64,000 nucleotides of DNA, taken from Acidovorax sp. Its GTDB lineage: Bacteria; Pseudomonadota; Gammaproteobacteria; Burkholderiales; Burkholderiaceae_C. Location: the NCBI RefSeq assembly GCF_046339755.1, contig NZ_JBKDTZ010000201.1, positions 1,878 through 65,877 of the forward strand, read 5' to 3'. The notes beneath the pieces were generated by a model. It worked only from the letters and a program-made list of their open reading frames with translations. It searched no databases and was not told the DNA's origin. Below are positions 36,145-44,534 of this stretch, piece by piece (within the stretch, counting starts at the first letter, position 1; the number at the start of each line of letters is the position of its first letter). The position numbers were made by a program, and so were the translations under genes.

Positions 36145-36588
36145 ATGGCCAATACCTACTACCACCGCGTCTTCAACCCGCTGCCCGGCCAGCGGGTGGA
36201 CGAGCAGGTCCTCAAGGACGAATTCCAGCGCATCGAGCTGGGTTTCGACGGCGTGGCCACCAAGGCCGGGCAGACCGATGCCGGCCTGGCAACCAAGGCC
36301 AACCTCGCCGGCGGCAACGCCTTCACGGGCGATCAGTCCATGGCCGGCAACCTCACGGTGGCTGGCGCCGTCACCGCCAACACGCCGTTGCCCCCGGGCG
36401 ACAACAGCCAGGCCCTGGCCAGCACGAACTGGGTGCAGGCATGGGTCAGCGCCCGGGCCGGCGAGACCATTGGCCTGCCCGTGGCACCGGTGCAGGCCCG
36501 GCCGCTGGCGCTGTTCGTGGTCCAGGGCGTGCACCAGTGGGCGCCGGTGCAATCGCGCAGCAAGGTTTTCTATCTTTCAGGAGCTTGA
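36145..36588 (+). CDS. phage tail-fibre-like protein (short)
   Basis: MANTYYHRVFNPLPGQRVDEQVLKDEFQRIELGFDGV...LAGGNAFTGDQS...SQALASTNWV is a typical tail-fibre N-terminal pattern. RBS AAGGAA. Confidence 0.6.
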   Translation: MANTYYHRVFNPLPGQRVDEQVLKDEFQRIELGFDGVATKAGQTDAGLATKANLAGGNAFTGDQSMAGNLTVAGAVTANTPLPPGDNSQALASTNWVQAWVSARAGETIGLPVAPVQARPLALFVVQGVHQWAPVQSRSKVFYLSGA

Positions 36589-36593
36589 TCGAC

Positions 36594-36902
36594 ATGGCCA
36601 ACGGACGCCTTTTTGCACTGGACCTGGCTGCGGCCACGGCCACCACCCTCTACCAGCCCGCCACGCAGACTGCCACACTCACGCTGTCGCTGGTCAACCG
36701 CAACACCTGGGCCGTGCTGGCCCGCGTGGCCCTGGCGGCTGCGGCCACGCCCACCGATGCGGAGTGGATCGAGTACGACGTGTACCTGCCGCCCTCGGGC
36801 GTGCTGGAGCGCACGGCCATTGTGGTCGGGCCGGGCCAGTACTTGGTGGCCCGGGCCAGCGCGGCCGGGGTATCGGCCGTGGGCTTCGGCTTCGAGGAAT
36901 AG
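36594..36902 (+). CDS. hypothetical phage-module protein
   Basis: ATG at 36594, 6 bp after the fibre-like gene. 102 aa. Ends with TAG. Confidence 0.5.
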   Translation: MANGRLFALDLAAATATTLYQPATQTATLTLSLVNRNTWAVLARVALAAAATPTDAEWIEYDVYLPPSGVLERTAIVVGPGQYLVARASAAGVSAVGFGFEE

Positions 36903-37137
36903 GCGGCACCCGCCGGGCTGCGGGCGCTGTCGCCTCTATGCAACGGCACCTCGGTCCCACCCGAACGGGTGGGGGCCGGGCCTTAAACCGTTGCGCCAGC
37001 ACGCGCAACCCGCATCAGGGTGGGTATTTGTGTATTTTTGTAACGGTAAAACTGCCGCTGCAAAGGGTCTTTCTGAGATAATTGCATTGCGCGTACATTG
37101 CGCGCGTTCAATCCATCAATGCATTCGGGAGAGGGCC

Positions 37138-37965
37138 GTGCGCGCTGCGTTCGCCGTTCGGGCGTGGGCTGCGATAGCACCAGGCCTGCAAAGTCAGGAG
37201 CAATGGCTGCAGTGGGCAGACGCACCGGTGTGCCCCGTGGGGGACACGGCGGTCGAGCTGCCCCGTGTGCCGGCCATGGCGCGGCGCCGCCTGGGCCACC
37301 TGGCCAAGATGGCCGTCTCCGTGGCCGACAGCGTGCTGCCGCCCGAAGAGGGTGCCGACATTCCGGTTGTCTGGGCCTCGCGCTATGGCGATGCCGACAA
37401 GGCCCTGGGCCTGCTGCGCTCGCAGGCGCAGGATGAACCCCTGTCGCCCACGGCCTTCGGCCTGTCGGTGCACAACGCCGTGGGCGCCCAGCACTCCATC
37501 CTGCGCGGCATGCGCGCCAACGCGGTCTGCGTGGCGTCCTCGCACTGCGCGCCCGAGGCCGGCATCGTCGAGGCCGTCGGCCTGCTGAGCGATGCCCAGG
37601 CGCCCGCCGAGGTGCTGCTGGTCTGCTACGACGAACCCCTGCGGACCGACTACGCAGCCTTCCACGACGAGCCCGCCGCGCAGTACGCCTGGGCCGTGCG
37701 CCTTGCGCCCCTGCAGGCCGGCGAAGCAGGCTTTGCGCTGCACGCAGTCGACGGTGAGGGCCCGGCTGCGGAGCAAGGCGCGCCTTCCGGCCTGCCGCAT
37801 TCGGAGGTCGGCGTGCCTTCCGGCCTGCCGCATTCGGAGGGCGGCGCGCCTTCCGGCCTGCCGCATGGGCTCGATGCGCTGCATTTTCTGCTGCAGGGCG
37901 AGCGCCAGAGCCTGGTGCATGGCCATGCAACGGGCCAATGGATGTGGGAGCGTGTACATGCGTGA
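37138..37965 (+). CDS. beta-ketoacyl synthase N-terminal-like / chain-length-factor-like protein (ApeC-like)
   Basis: GTG at 37138 after GGGAGAGGG. The motif ...PRVPAMARRRLGHLAKMAV...VWASRYGD...SPTAFGLSVHNA is typical of the KS-like partner protein in aryl-polyene-type clusters. Overlaps the next gene by 8 bp. Confidence 0.7.
   Translation: MRAAFAVRAWAAIAPGLQSQEQWLQWADAPVCPVGDTAVELPRVPAMARRRLGHLAKMAVSVADSVLPPEEGADIPVVWASRYGDADKALGLLRSQAQDEPLSPTAFGLSVHNAVGAQHSILRGMRANAVCVASSHCAPEAGIVEAVGLLSDAQAPAEVLLVCYDEPLRTDYAAFHDEPAAQYAWAVRLAPLQAGEAGFALHAVDGEGPAAEQGAPSGLPHSEVGVPSGLPHSEGGAPSGLPHGLDALHFLLQGERQSLVHGHATGQWMWERVHA
37774..37872 (+). repeat. in-frame 3 x 33-bp tandem repeat
   Basis: Encodes QGAPSGLPHSE / VGVPSGLPHSE / GGAPSGLPHGL inside the CLF-like gene. 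Confidence 0.85.
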
Positions 37966-38734
37966 AGCGATCAACCGGGCCTGGCGCATCGTGGCCACGG
38001 GTTTCTGCTTTTCCGTGTTCGGCCTGGGCGGTATCGTGCTGGGCATCGTGGTGTGCCCCGTGGTCATGCTCTTCGTGCGCGGGGCCGCGCGCCAGCAGCA
38101 GCTGTGCCAGACCATCATCCACCACTGCTTTCGCTGGTTCGTGGGCCTCATGAACTTCGTGGGCGTGATCTCCTACGAGGTGCATGGCCGCGAGCGCCTG
38201 CAGCGCCGAGGCCTTCTGATCCTGGCCAACCACCCCTCGCTGATCGATGTGGTGTTCCTGATCTCCTTCGTGCGCCATGCGGACTGCATCGTCAAGGAGG
38301 CGCTGTCGCGCAACCCCTTCACGCGCGGCCCCATCCGCGCGGCGGGCTTCATCACCAACGGCGATGGCGCTGGCCTGCTGGAGGACTGCGTGCGCTCGCT
38401 CAGGGACGGCAACAACCTCATCATCTTCCCCGAGGGCACGCGCACGCCGCTGCACGGCAACGCCAAGCTGCAGCGCGGCGCGGCCCACGTGGCGGTGAAG
38501 GGCCGCATCGACATCACGCCCGTGCACATCCACAGCAGCCTGCCCATGCTGAGCAAGGGCACGCCCTGGTGGAGGGTGCCCGTGCGCAAGCCGCACGTCA
38601 CCATCGAGGTGCGGCCCGACATCGCGGTGGAAGAATTCTGTGACTCGGCTGCCAGCGATTCCCTGGCTGCGCGCCATGTGACCGAGCACCTGTCCGTACA
38701 ACTTTTCAAGGGACCTGCCTGTGCTTCAACTTGA
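37958..38734 (+). CDS. lysophospholipid (1-acyl-glycerol-3-phosphate-type) acyltransferase
   Basis: HX4D motif NHPSLIDV and the FPEGTR motif. N-terminal TM helix. Confidence 0.85.
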   Translation: MREAINRAWRIVATGFCFSVFGLGGIVLGIVVCPVVMLFVRGAARQQQLCQTIIHHCFRWFVGLMNFVGVISYEVHGRERLQRRGLLILANHPSLIDVVFLISFVRHADCIVKEALSRNPFTRGPIRAAGFITNGDGAGLLEDCVRSLRDGNNLIIFPEGTRTPLHGNAKLQRGAAHVAVKGRIDITPVHIHSSLPMLSKGTPWWRVPVRKPHVTIEVRPDIAVEEFCDSAASDSLAARHVTEHLSVQLFKGPACAST

Positions 38735-38981
38735 GCAAGAAATCAAGGAAATCATCATCTCCAGCCTGGCGCTGGAAGACATCGCGCCAGACGACATCGA
38801 TCCCGCCGCACCGCTGTTCGTCGAGGGCCTGGGCCTGGATTCCATCGACGCGCTGGAGCTCGGCCTGGCCTTGCAAAAGCGCTATGGCCTGAGCATGTCG
38901 GCCGACTCGGAGCAGACGCGCAAGCACTTTGGCAGCGTGCAGGCGCTGGCCGCCTTCGTGGCCGCCAGCCGCACGCACTGA
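38721..38981 (+). CDS. acyl carrier protein
   Basis: 86 aa. Phosphopantetheine site LGLDSIDALEL. GTG start overlapping the upstream gene. Confidence 0.85.
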   Translation: MLQLEQEIKEIIISSLALEDIAPDDIDPAAPLFVEGLGLDSIDALELGLALQKRYGLSMSADSEQTRKHFGSVQALAAFVAASRTH

Positions 38982-39010
38982 AGGCGGGCGGCATTCACGG
39001 AAAACCTGAC

Positions 39011-39274
39011 ATGAACAAAGAAGCCATTTACGAACGCATCGCCGCCATCCTGCAGGAGACGTTTGAAATCGACGCTGCGCGCATCACGCCCGAGGCCCGC
39101 CTGTACGACGACCTGGACATCGACAGCATCGATGCCGTGGACCTGATCGTGCAGCTCAAGCCCTGGGTGGGCAAGCGCCTGAACGCCGACGCCTTCAAGT
39201 CCGTGCGCACTGTGCAGGACGTGGTCGACGCACTGCACCGGCTGGTGAACGACGCTTCCGCCTCCACGGCCTGA
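39011..39274 (+). CDS. acyl carrier protein (second copy)
   Basis: 87 aa. LDIDSIDAVDL serine site. Confidence 0.85.
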   Translation: MNKEAIYERIAAILQETFEIDAARITPEARLYDDLDIDSIDAVDLIVQLKPWVGKRLNADAFKSVRTVQDVVDALHRLVNDASASTA

Positions 39275-39300
39275 GCGGGGCCGGCTGCAAGCACGCAAGC

Positions 39301-39861
39301 ATGCCCGCCATGCACAAGCTTGTGACCGCCGTGCTGGTGGTGCTGACGGTGCTGTACCCGCTGGGCGTGTACCTGGCCATGGGCCACGTGGCGCCGCAGT
39401 GGCTGGCCGTGCTGCTGGTGCTGCTGGCCATGGCGCGCGCCGTGGTCACGCGCCAGCGCTTCTGGTGGGCCGTGGCCTCGGGCGCAGCGGTGCTGGCCCT
39501 GGCCGCCTGGTGGCAGGGCGATGCGCTGGCCGTCAAGCTCTATCCGGTGTTGGTCAACGCCGTGCTGCTGGTGGTGTTCGCGGTGAGCCTGCGCTACCCG
39601 CCCACGGTGATCGAGCGCCTGGCCCGGCTGACCGCGCCGGACCTGCCCCCGTCCGGCGTGCGCTACACCCGCAAGGTCACCGCCGTGTGGTGCGCGTTCT
39701 TCGTGGCCAACGGCGCTGCCGCGGCCTATACCGCCGCCTTCAGCAGCAATGCCACCTGGGCGCTGTACAACGGGCTCATCGCCTATGTGCTGATGGGCTG
39801 CCTCATGGGGGGTGAATGGTGCGTGCGCCAGTGGGTGAAACGCCGCGGCGCCATGGCCTGA
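39301..39861 (+). CDS. integral membrane protein of the cluster
   Basis: 186 aa with 5-6 hydrophobic helices. Occupies the position of the small membrane protein seen in aryl-polyene-type clusters. Confidence 0.65.
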   Translation: MPAMHKLVTAVLVVLTVLYPLGVYLAMGHVAPQWLAVLLVLLAMARAVVTRQRFWWAVASGAAVLALAAWWQGDALAVKLYPVLVNAVLLVVFAVSLRYPPTVIERLARLTAPDLPPSGVRYTRKVTAVWCAFFVANGAAAAYTAAFSSNATWALYNGLIAYVLMGCLMGGEWCVRQWVKRRGAMA

Positions 39862-39923
39862 GCCCGGCCCAAGAAACTGCTTTCCCTGTTCCAACAACTC
39901 CAAGAATCCAGGAATCGAGCAAG

Positions 39924-41651
39924 GTGACTACTTTCTCCGCATTGTCCGACGTGGCCCTGCCGCAGGCCCGTGCCGCCGCGCACGGGGTTGCAGCCACCGG
40001 CGGGCGCACCGTGACGCATGCCGACTGGGTGCGCAGCGTGCAGGCCTGGTGCGCAGCCTTCCGGCAGGTGCAGGGCACCGAGGTGGGCCTGTATTTCGAC
40101 GACCCGCTGGCCTTTGCCGCAGCCCTGTGGGGCGCCTGGCATGCGGGCAAGACCCCGGTGCTGGCCAGCGACCTGCAGCCCCACACCCTGGCGCATCTGC
40201 TGCCCCAGGTGCAGGCCTGTGCAGGCCAACTGCCCGGTGCCATCCAGCCCGACGAGTCCGGCGCCCTGGCGGTGGTGCTGCAGCCCCTGTCGTTGCGTGC
40301 GGCGCAGGTGGTGCTGTTCACCTCGGGCTCCACGGGCGTGCCCGAGCGCATTGCCAAGCACCTGTCGCAGCTCGATGCCGAGGTGCATGCGCTGCAGGCC
40401 GTGTTCGGCCCCCTGGCCCGGGATGCGCCGGGCCTGCGCACGCTGGCCACCGTGTCGCACCAGCACATCTACGGCCTGCTGTTCCGCGTGCTGTGGCCGC
40501 TGGCCGCAGGGCGGCTGCTGGGCATGGAGTTCGCGCGCTACCCCGAGGAACTGGTGGCCCAGCTCTCGCAGCCCGGGCCCACGCTGCTCATCTCCAGCCC
40601 CGCCAGGCTCGGCCGCTTGCCGGAGCAGCTTGGCTGGGCGGCCGCGTCGCAGGGCCTGCGCGGCATCTTCTCGTCGGGCGGCCCGCTGCCGCCCGAGGCC
40701 TCGGCGCATGCGCTGGCCTTGCTCGGCCATTCCCCCACCGAGGTCTTCGGCAGCTCCGAAACCGGCGGCATCGCCTGGCGCCGCCGTGCGGAGCAGGGCG
40801 ATGCCTGGCAACCCCTGCCGGGCGTGCAGGTGCGCCTGGCCGACAGCGGCTGCCTGTCGGTGCGCTCGGGCCACCTGCCCGATGCCGAGGCCTGGTGGGA
40901 GACGGCCGACCGCGCCCTGCCGCAAGACGGTGGCGATGGCGGTGCCGGCTTCGTGCTGCAGGGCCGGGCCGACCGCATTGCCAAGATCGCCGAAAAGCGC
41001 ATCTCGCTGACCGCCATGGAAAACGCGCTGCTGGCCAGCGGCTGGGTGGCCGCGGCCCGGGCCGTGGTGCTGCAAGCGTCGCCCGCCGCCGCACGCGTGG
41101 GCATGGTGCTGGCGCTCAACGGCGCCGGTTGGCAGGCACTTCAGCAGCAGGGCCGCAAGCAGATGGGCGCCGCGCTGCGTACCCTGCTCGAACCCGTGGT
41201 GGACCGCGTGGCCCTGCCGCGCAGCTGGCGCTATGTGGCCGCGCTGCCGCAGAACGCGCAGGGCAAGACCACGCAGCACGACCTGCTGGACCTGTTCCGC
41301 CCGCTCATGCCCGCGCCTGAGTGGACCGAGCGCAGCGAACACCAGGCCACGGCCACCCTGCTGGTCGACCCCGGCCTGCGCGTGCTGGACGGCCACTTCC
41401 CTGGCGCGCCCATCGTGCCCGGCGTGGCGCAGCTGCACTGGGTGGTCACGCTGGGTCAGCAGGCCTTCGGCATCCCGGCCGCATTTTTGCGTGCCGAGGT
41501 GGTCAAGTTCCAGCAGCCCATCCTGCCCGGTACCCGCGTGCAGGTGCAGTTGCAATGGGTGCCCGACAAGGGCCAGCTGCAGTTCGCGCTGACCTCCGGC
41601 CGCGGGCCGCACGCCAGCGGCCGCCTGGTGCGGGGGGGAGAGGCCGCATGA
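39924..41651 (+). CDS. AMP-dependent ligase fused to a FabA/FabZ-type hotdog dehydratase domain
   Basis: GTG at 39924. Adenylation motifs LFTSGSTGVPERI, GSSETGGIA, GRADRIAKIAEKRISL. C-terminal LDGHFPGAPIVPGVAQLHW dehydratase motif. Confidence 0.8.
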   Translation: MTTFSALSDVALPQARAAAHGVAATGGRTVTHADWVRSVQAWCAAFRQVQGTEVGLYFDDPLAFAAALWGAWHAGKTPVLASDLQPHTLAHLLPQVQACAGQLPGAIQPDESGALAVVLQPLSLRAAQVVLFTSGSTGVPERIAKHLSQLDAEVHALQAVFGPLARDAPGLRTLATVSHQHIYGLLFRVLWPLAAGRLLGMEFARYPEELVAQLSQPGPTLLISSPARLGRLPEQLGWAAASQGLRGIFSSGGPLPPEASAHALALLGHSPTEVFGSSETGGIAWRRRAEQGDAWQPLPGVQVRLADSGCLSVRSGHLPDAEAWWETADRALPQDGGDGGAGFVLQGRADRIAKIAEKRISLTAMENALLASGWVAAARAVVLQASPAAARVGMVLALNGAGWQALQQQGRKQMGAALRTLLEPVVDRVALPRSWRYVAALPQNAQGKTTQHDLLDLFRPLMPAPEWTERSEHQATATLLVDPGLRVLDGHFPGAPIVPGVAQLHWVVTLGQQAFGIPAAFLRAEVVKFQQPILPGTRVQVQLQWVPDKGQLQFALTSGRGPHASGRLVRGGEAA

Positions 41652-42421
41652 CGACCGCGTTCAACCCCGTCGCCATCATCCCGGTCTACAACCACCCCAC
41701 CACCATCGGCGCCATGGTGCAGGGCGTGCTGGCCGCGGGCCTGCACTGCATGCTGGTGGACGACGGCTCCGAGCCCGGCTGTGCTGCCGTGCTCGATGCG
41801 CTGGCGGTGCAGCACGGCAGCCAGGTCACACTGCTGCGCCTGGCGCAGAACCAGGGCAAGGGCGGCGCCGTGATGACCGGCATGCGCCATGCGCTGGCAG
41901 CGGGCCACACCCACGCCCTGCAGATCGATGCGGACGGCCAGCACGCCGTGGCCGATATCCCTGCCTTCATCGCGCTGGCGCGGGCCCAGCCCGGGGCCAT
42001 GGTCTGCGGCGCGCCGCGCTACGACGCCAGCGTGCCCAAGGCGCGCCTGTACGGCCGCTACGCCACCCACGTGTGGGTGTGGATCAACACCTTGTCGCTG
42101 GACATCGAGGACTCGATGTGCGGCTTTCGCGTCTACCCGCTGCGCGAGGCCATCGCCGTGATGGACGGCGCGCGCATCGGCAAGCACATGGAGTTCGACA
42201 CCGAGATCCTCGTGCGCATGCACTGGAAGGGCGTGCCCTTCATCACCCAGCGCACGGCCGTCACCTACCCGCAGGACGGGCTGTCGCACTTTCGCGTGTG
42301 GCGCGACAACGTGCTGATCTCGGGCATGCACACGCGCCTGTTCGGCGGCATGCTGCTGCGCAGCCCGCTGCTGCTGGCGCGCAAGCTCCTGGGCCGGCGC
42401 GGGGCAGGGCAGGCGGCATGA
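41648..42421 (+). CDS. family-2 glycosyltransferase
   Basis: ATGA overlap with the upstream gene. IIPVYNH...LVDDGS...QIDADGQH motifs. Confidence 0.85.
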   Translation: MTTAFNPVAIIPVYNHPTTIGAMVQGVLAAGLHCMLVDDGSEPGCAAVLDALAVQHGSQVTLLRLAQNQGKGGAVMTGMRHALAAGHTHALQIDADGQHAVADIPAFIALARAQPGAMVCGAPRYDASVPKARLYGRYATHVWVWINTLSLDIEDSMCGFRVYPLREAIAVMDGARIGKHMEFDTEILVRMHWKGVPFITQRTAVTYPQDGLSHFRVWRDNVLISGMHTRLFGGMLLRSPLLLARKLLGRRGAGQAA

Positions 42422-43413
42422 CGGCCTCCGCGCCCAAGCCGCAGGCCGAAGCTGCTGCAGCCGCACCCGCCGCCCCGCACTGGGCGCAGCTGGGCGAGAA
42501 CACCTTCGTCGCCGGCATGTGGCTGCTCTACCAGGTGCACCGGTTCCTGGGGCGCTGGCCGTTCCGGCTGTGCCTGTACCCCGTCGTCGCCTACTACTGG
42601 CTGGTGAGCCCGGTGGCGCGCCGCGCCTCGCTGCAGTACCTGCAGCGCATGCAGGCCGCCCATGGGCTGTGGCCCACCACACCGGGCTGGCGCCAGAGCC
42701 AGCGGCACTTTCGCATGTTTGCCGAGGTGATCCTGGACAAGCTCCTGGCCCTGACCGGGCGCTACCGCTTCGAGAGCGTGGCCGTCACCGGGCGCGAGCG
42801 CCTGGACGCGCTGGCGCACACCGGCCAGGGCGCCGTGGTGGTCACCGCGCACATGGGCTGCATCGAGCTGTGCCGGGCCCTGGCCGAACGGCGCACGGGC
42901 CTGCGCCTGAACATCCTCGTGCACACGGCACACGCCGAGCGCTTCAACCGCGTACTGCAGCGCCTGGCCCCAGACAGCGGCGTGCAGCTGCTGCAGGTGA
43001 CCGAATTCAACGCCGCCACCGCCATGCTGCTGGCCGAGCGTGTGGCGCGCGGCGAGCTCATTGCCATTGCCGGTGACCGCGTGCCCGTGCGCGAAAGCCG
43101 CATCACGCACGCCCCTTTCCTTGGCCACCAGGCACCGTTTCCCTGCGGGCCCTACATCCTGGCCTCGGTGCTCGAATGCCCGCTGTTCTTCATGGGCTGC
43201 GTGCACGAGGGTGCCGGCTATGCCGTGGAGTTCGTGCCGCTGGCCGAGCGCGTGCTGCTGCCGCGTGGCCGGCGCGACGAGGCCATGGCCGGGTACGCTG
43301 GCCTGTTCGCACAACAGCTTGAACGCATGCTGCGCAGGTCGCCCTGCGACTGGTTCAACTTCTTCCCCTTTTGGGAGCAGGGCGCGCCCGCGCGCCCTGC
43401 CCACATTGCATGA
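42418..43413 (+). CDS. LpxL/HtrB-like lipid A biosynthesis-type acyltransferase
   Basis: ATGA overlap. N-terminal TM segment. ...VVVTAHMGCIELCR... HX4E-like motif. Length and layout match the lauroyl/myristoyl acyltransferase family. Confidence 0.7.
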   Translation: MTASAPKPQAEAAAAAPAAPHWAQLGENTFVAGMWLLYQVHRFLGRWPFRLCLYPVVAYYWLVSPVARRASLQYLQRMQAAHGLWPTTPGWRQSQRHFRMFAEVILDKLLALTGRYRFESVAVTGRERLDALAHTGQGAVVVTAHMGCIELCRALAERRTGLRLNILVHTAHAERFNRVLQRLAPDSGVQLLQVTEFNAATAMLLAERVARGELIAIAGDRVPVRESRITHAPFLGHQAPFPCGPYILASVLECPLFFMGCVHEGAGYAVEFVPLAERVLLPRGRRDEAMAGYAGLFAQQLERMLRRSPCDWFNFFPFWEQGAPARPAHIA

Positions 43414-43458
43414 GCATGACTCACTTCCCCGCCACCACGCCCGCCTGGAGGCCCGCGC

Positions 43459-43899
43459 ATGTCCACTGAGAAAGAACTGGCCTCGCGCGAGCGGCTGACC
43501 CACGAGATCGAGATCACGCCCGCGTTCTACGACATCGACGTGATGGAGATCGTCTACCACGGCCACTATGTGCGCTTTCTCGAGCTGGCGCGCAGCGCGC
43601 TGCTCGGCAGGTTCGACTACGACTACCCGCGCATGCGCGAGTCGGGCTACGGCTGGCCCGTGGTGGACATGCGCCTGAAGTACGTGCGCCCGGCCACCTT
43701 CGGCCAGGTGCTCAAGGTGCGCGCCACCATCACCGAGTGGGAGAACCGCCTGCGAATCGACTACCTCATCACCGATGCCGCCACGGGCCAGAAGGTCAAC
43801 AGCGCCCACACCATCCAGGTGGCGGTGGACATGCAGACGCGTGCCATGTGCTTTGTCTGCCCGCCCGTGCTGTGGGAGCGGCTGGGGGTGGCACCATGA
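43459..43899 (+). CDS. 4HBT/YbgC-type acyl-CoA (or acyl-ACP) thioesterase
   Basis: 146 aa. FYDIDVMEIVYHGHYVRFLELAR hotdog thioesterase motif. Confidence 0.85.
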   Translation: MSTEKELASRERLTHEIEITPAFYDIDVMEIVYHGHYVRFLELARSALLGRFDYDYPRMRESGYGWPVVDMRLKYVRPATFGQVLKVRATITEWENRLRIDYLITDAATGQKVNSAHTIQVAVDMQTRAMCFVCPPVLWERLGVAP

Positions 43900-44534
43900 G
43901 AATCACTCTGTGGCTGCGGGCTGCTGTGCTGGCCCTGGGCGCGCTGGCGTTGCAATTGCCGGCCCATGCGGCGGAGCCCACGGCGCAGGAGCTGCTGGCC
44001 CAGGTGCGCCAGCAAGTGAAGGATGCCCCCGTGGTGCGCGGCGGGTTCGAGCAGCTGAAAACCGTCAAGGGCTTCAAGCAGCCGCTGCGCTCCAGCGGCG
44101 ATTTCATCGTGGCGCGCGGCAAGGGCATTGTCTGGCATGTGCTCAAACCTTTCGAATCGACTCTGGTGGTGCGGCCCGACAGCCTTCAGTCGCGCGGCAG
44201 CGCCGGCAAGCTCACCACCCAGATGCGCGCGCAGGACGAGCCCGTGCTGCGCACCGTCAACGCCATGCTGTTCGCCGTGATGTCGGCCAACCTGGCCGAT
44301 CTCGCCCAGCACTTCGAGGTGACGGGGCAGGTGGCGGCCAAGGGCTGGTCGCTGCATCTGGTTCCGCGCGACCCCACGCTGGCCCAGTGGCTGGCCGCCG
44401 TGGACCTGCAGGGCAACCAGTTCGTGCAGGAGGTGAAGCTGCAGGAGGCGCGCGGCGACGCCAGCGTGATCCGCATCCTCGCGCCCGTGGCCGAGAACGC
44501 CCTGCGCCCGCAGGACGCGGCGCAGTTCGAATGA
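43896..44534 (+). CDS. LolA-like outer-membrane lipoprotein carrier family protein
   Basis: ATGA overlap. Signal peptide AAVLALGALALQLPAHA. F.Q.K.....PL.S.G.F pattern of LolA-like proteins. Confidence 0.7.
   Translation: MRITLWLRAAVLALGALALQLPAHAAEPTAQELLAQVRQQVKDAPVVRGGFEQLKTVKGFKQPLRSSGDFIVARGKGIVWHVLKPFESTLVVRPDSLQSRGSAGKLTTQMRAQDEPVLRTVNAMLFAVMSANLADLAQHFEVTGQVAAKGWSLHLVPRDPTLAQWLAAVDLQGNQFVQEVKLQEARGDASVIRILAPVAENALRPQDAAQFE

Noticed and set aside
36903-37137. Promoter for the pigment cluster in the AT-rich gap (TTGTAACGG..., GAGATAAT)
   Set aside because: Several -35-like and -10-like hexamers are present, but none has convincing 16-18-bp spacing. Not called as a feature.
25000-37200. 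Direct repeat of the tRNA-Arg 3' end (att-like site) that would delimit an island
   Set aside because: I could not find a match to TGGCCTGCCTGGAGGGACTCGAACC by eye anywhere else in the window. The search was manual and could miss short or partial repeats.
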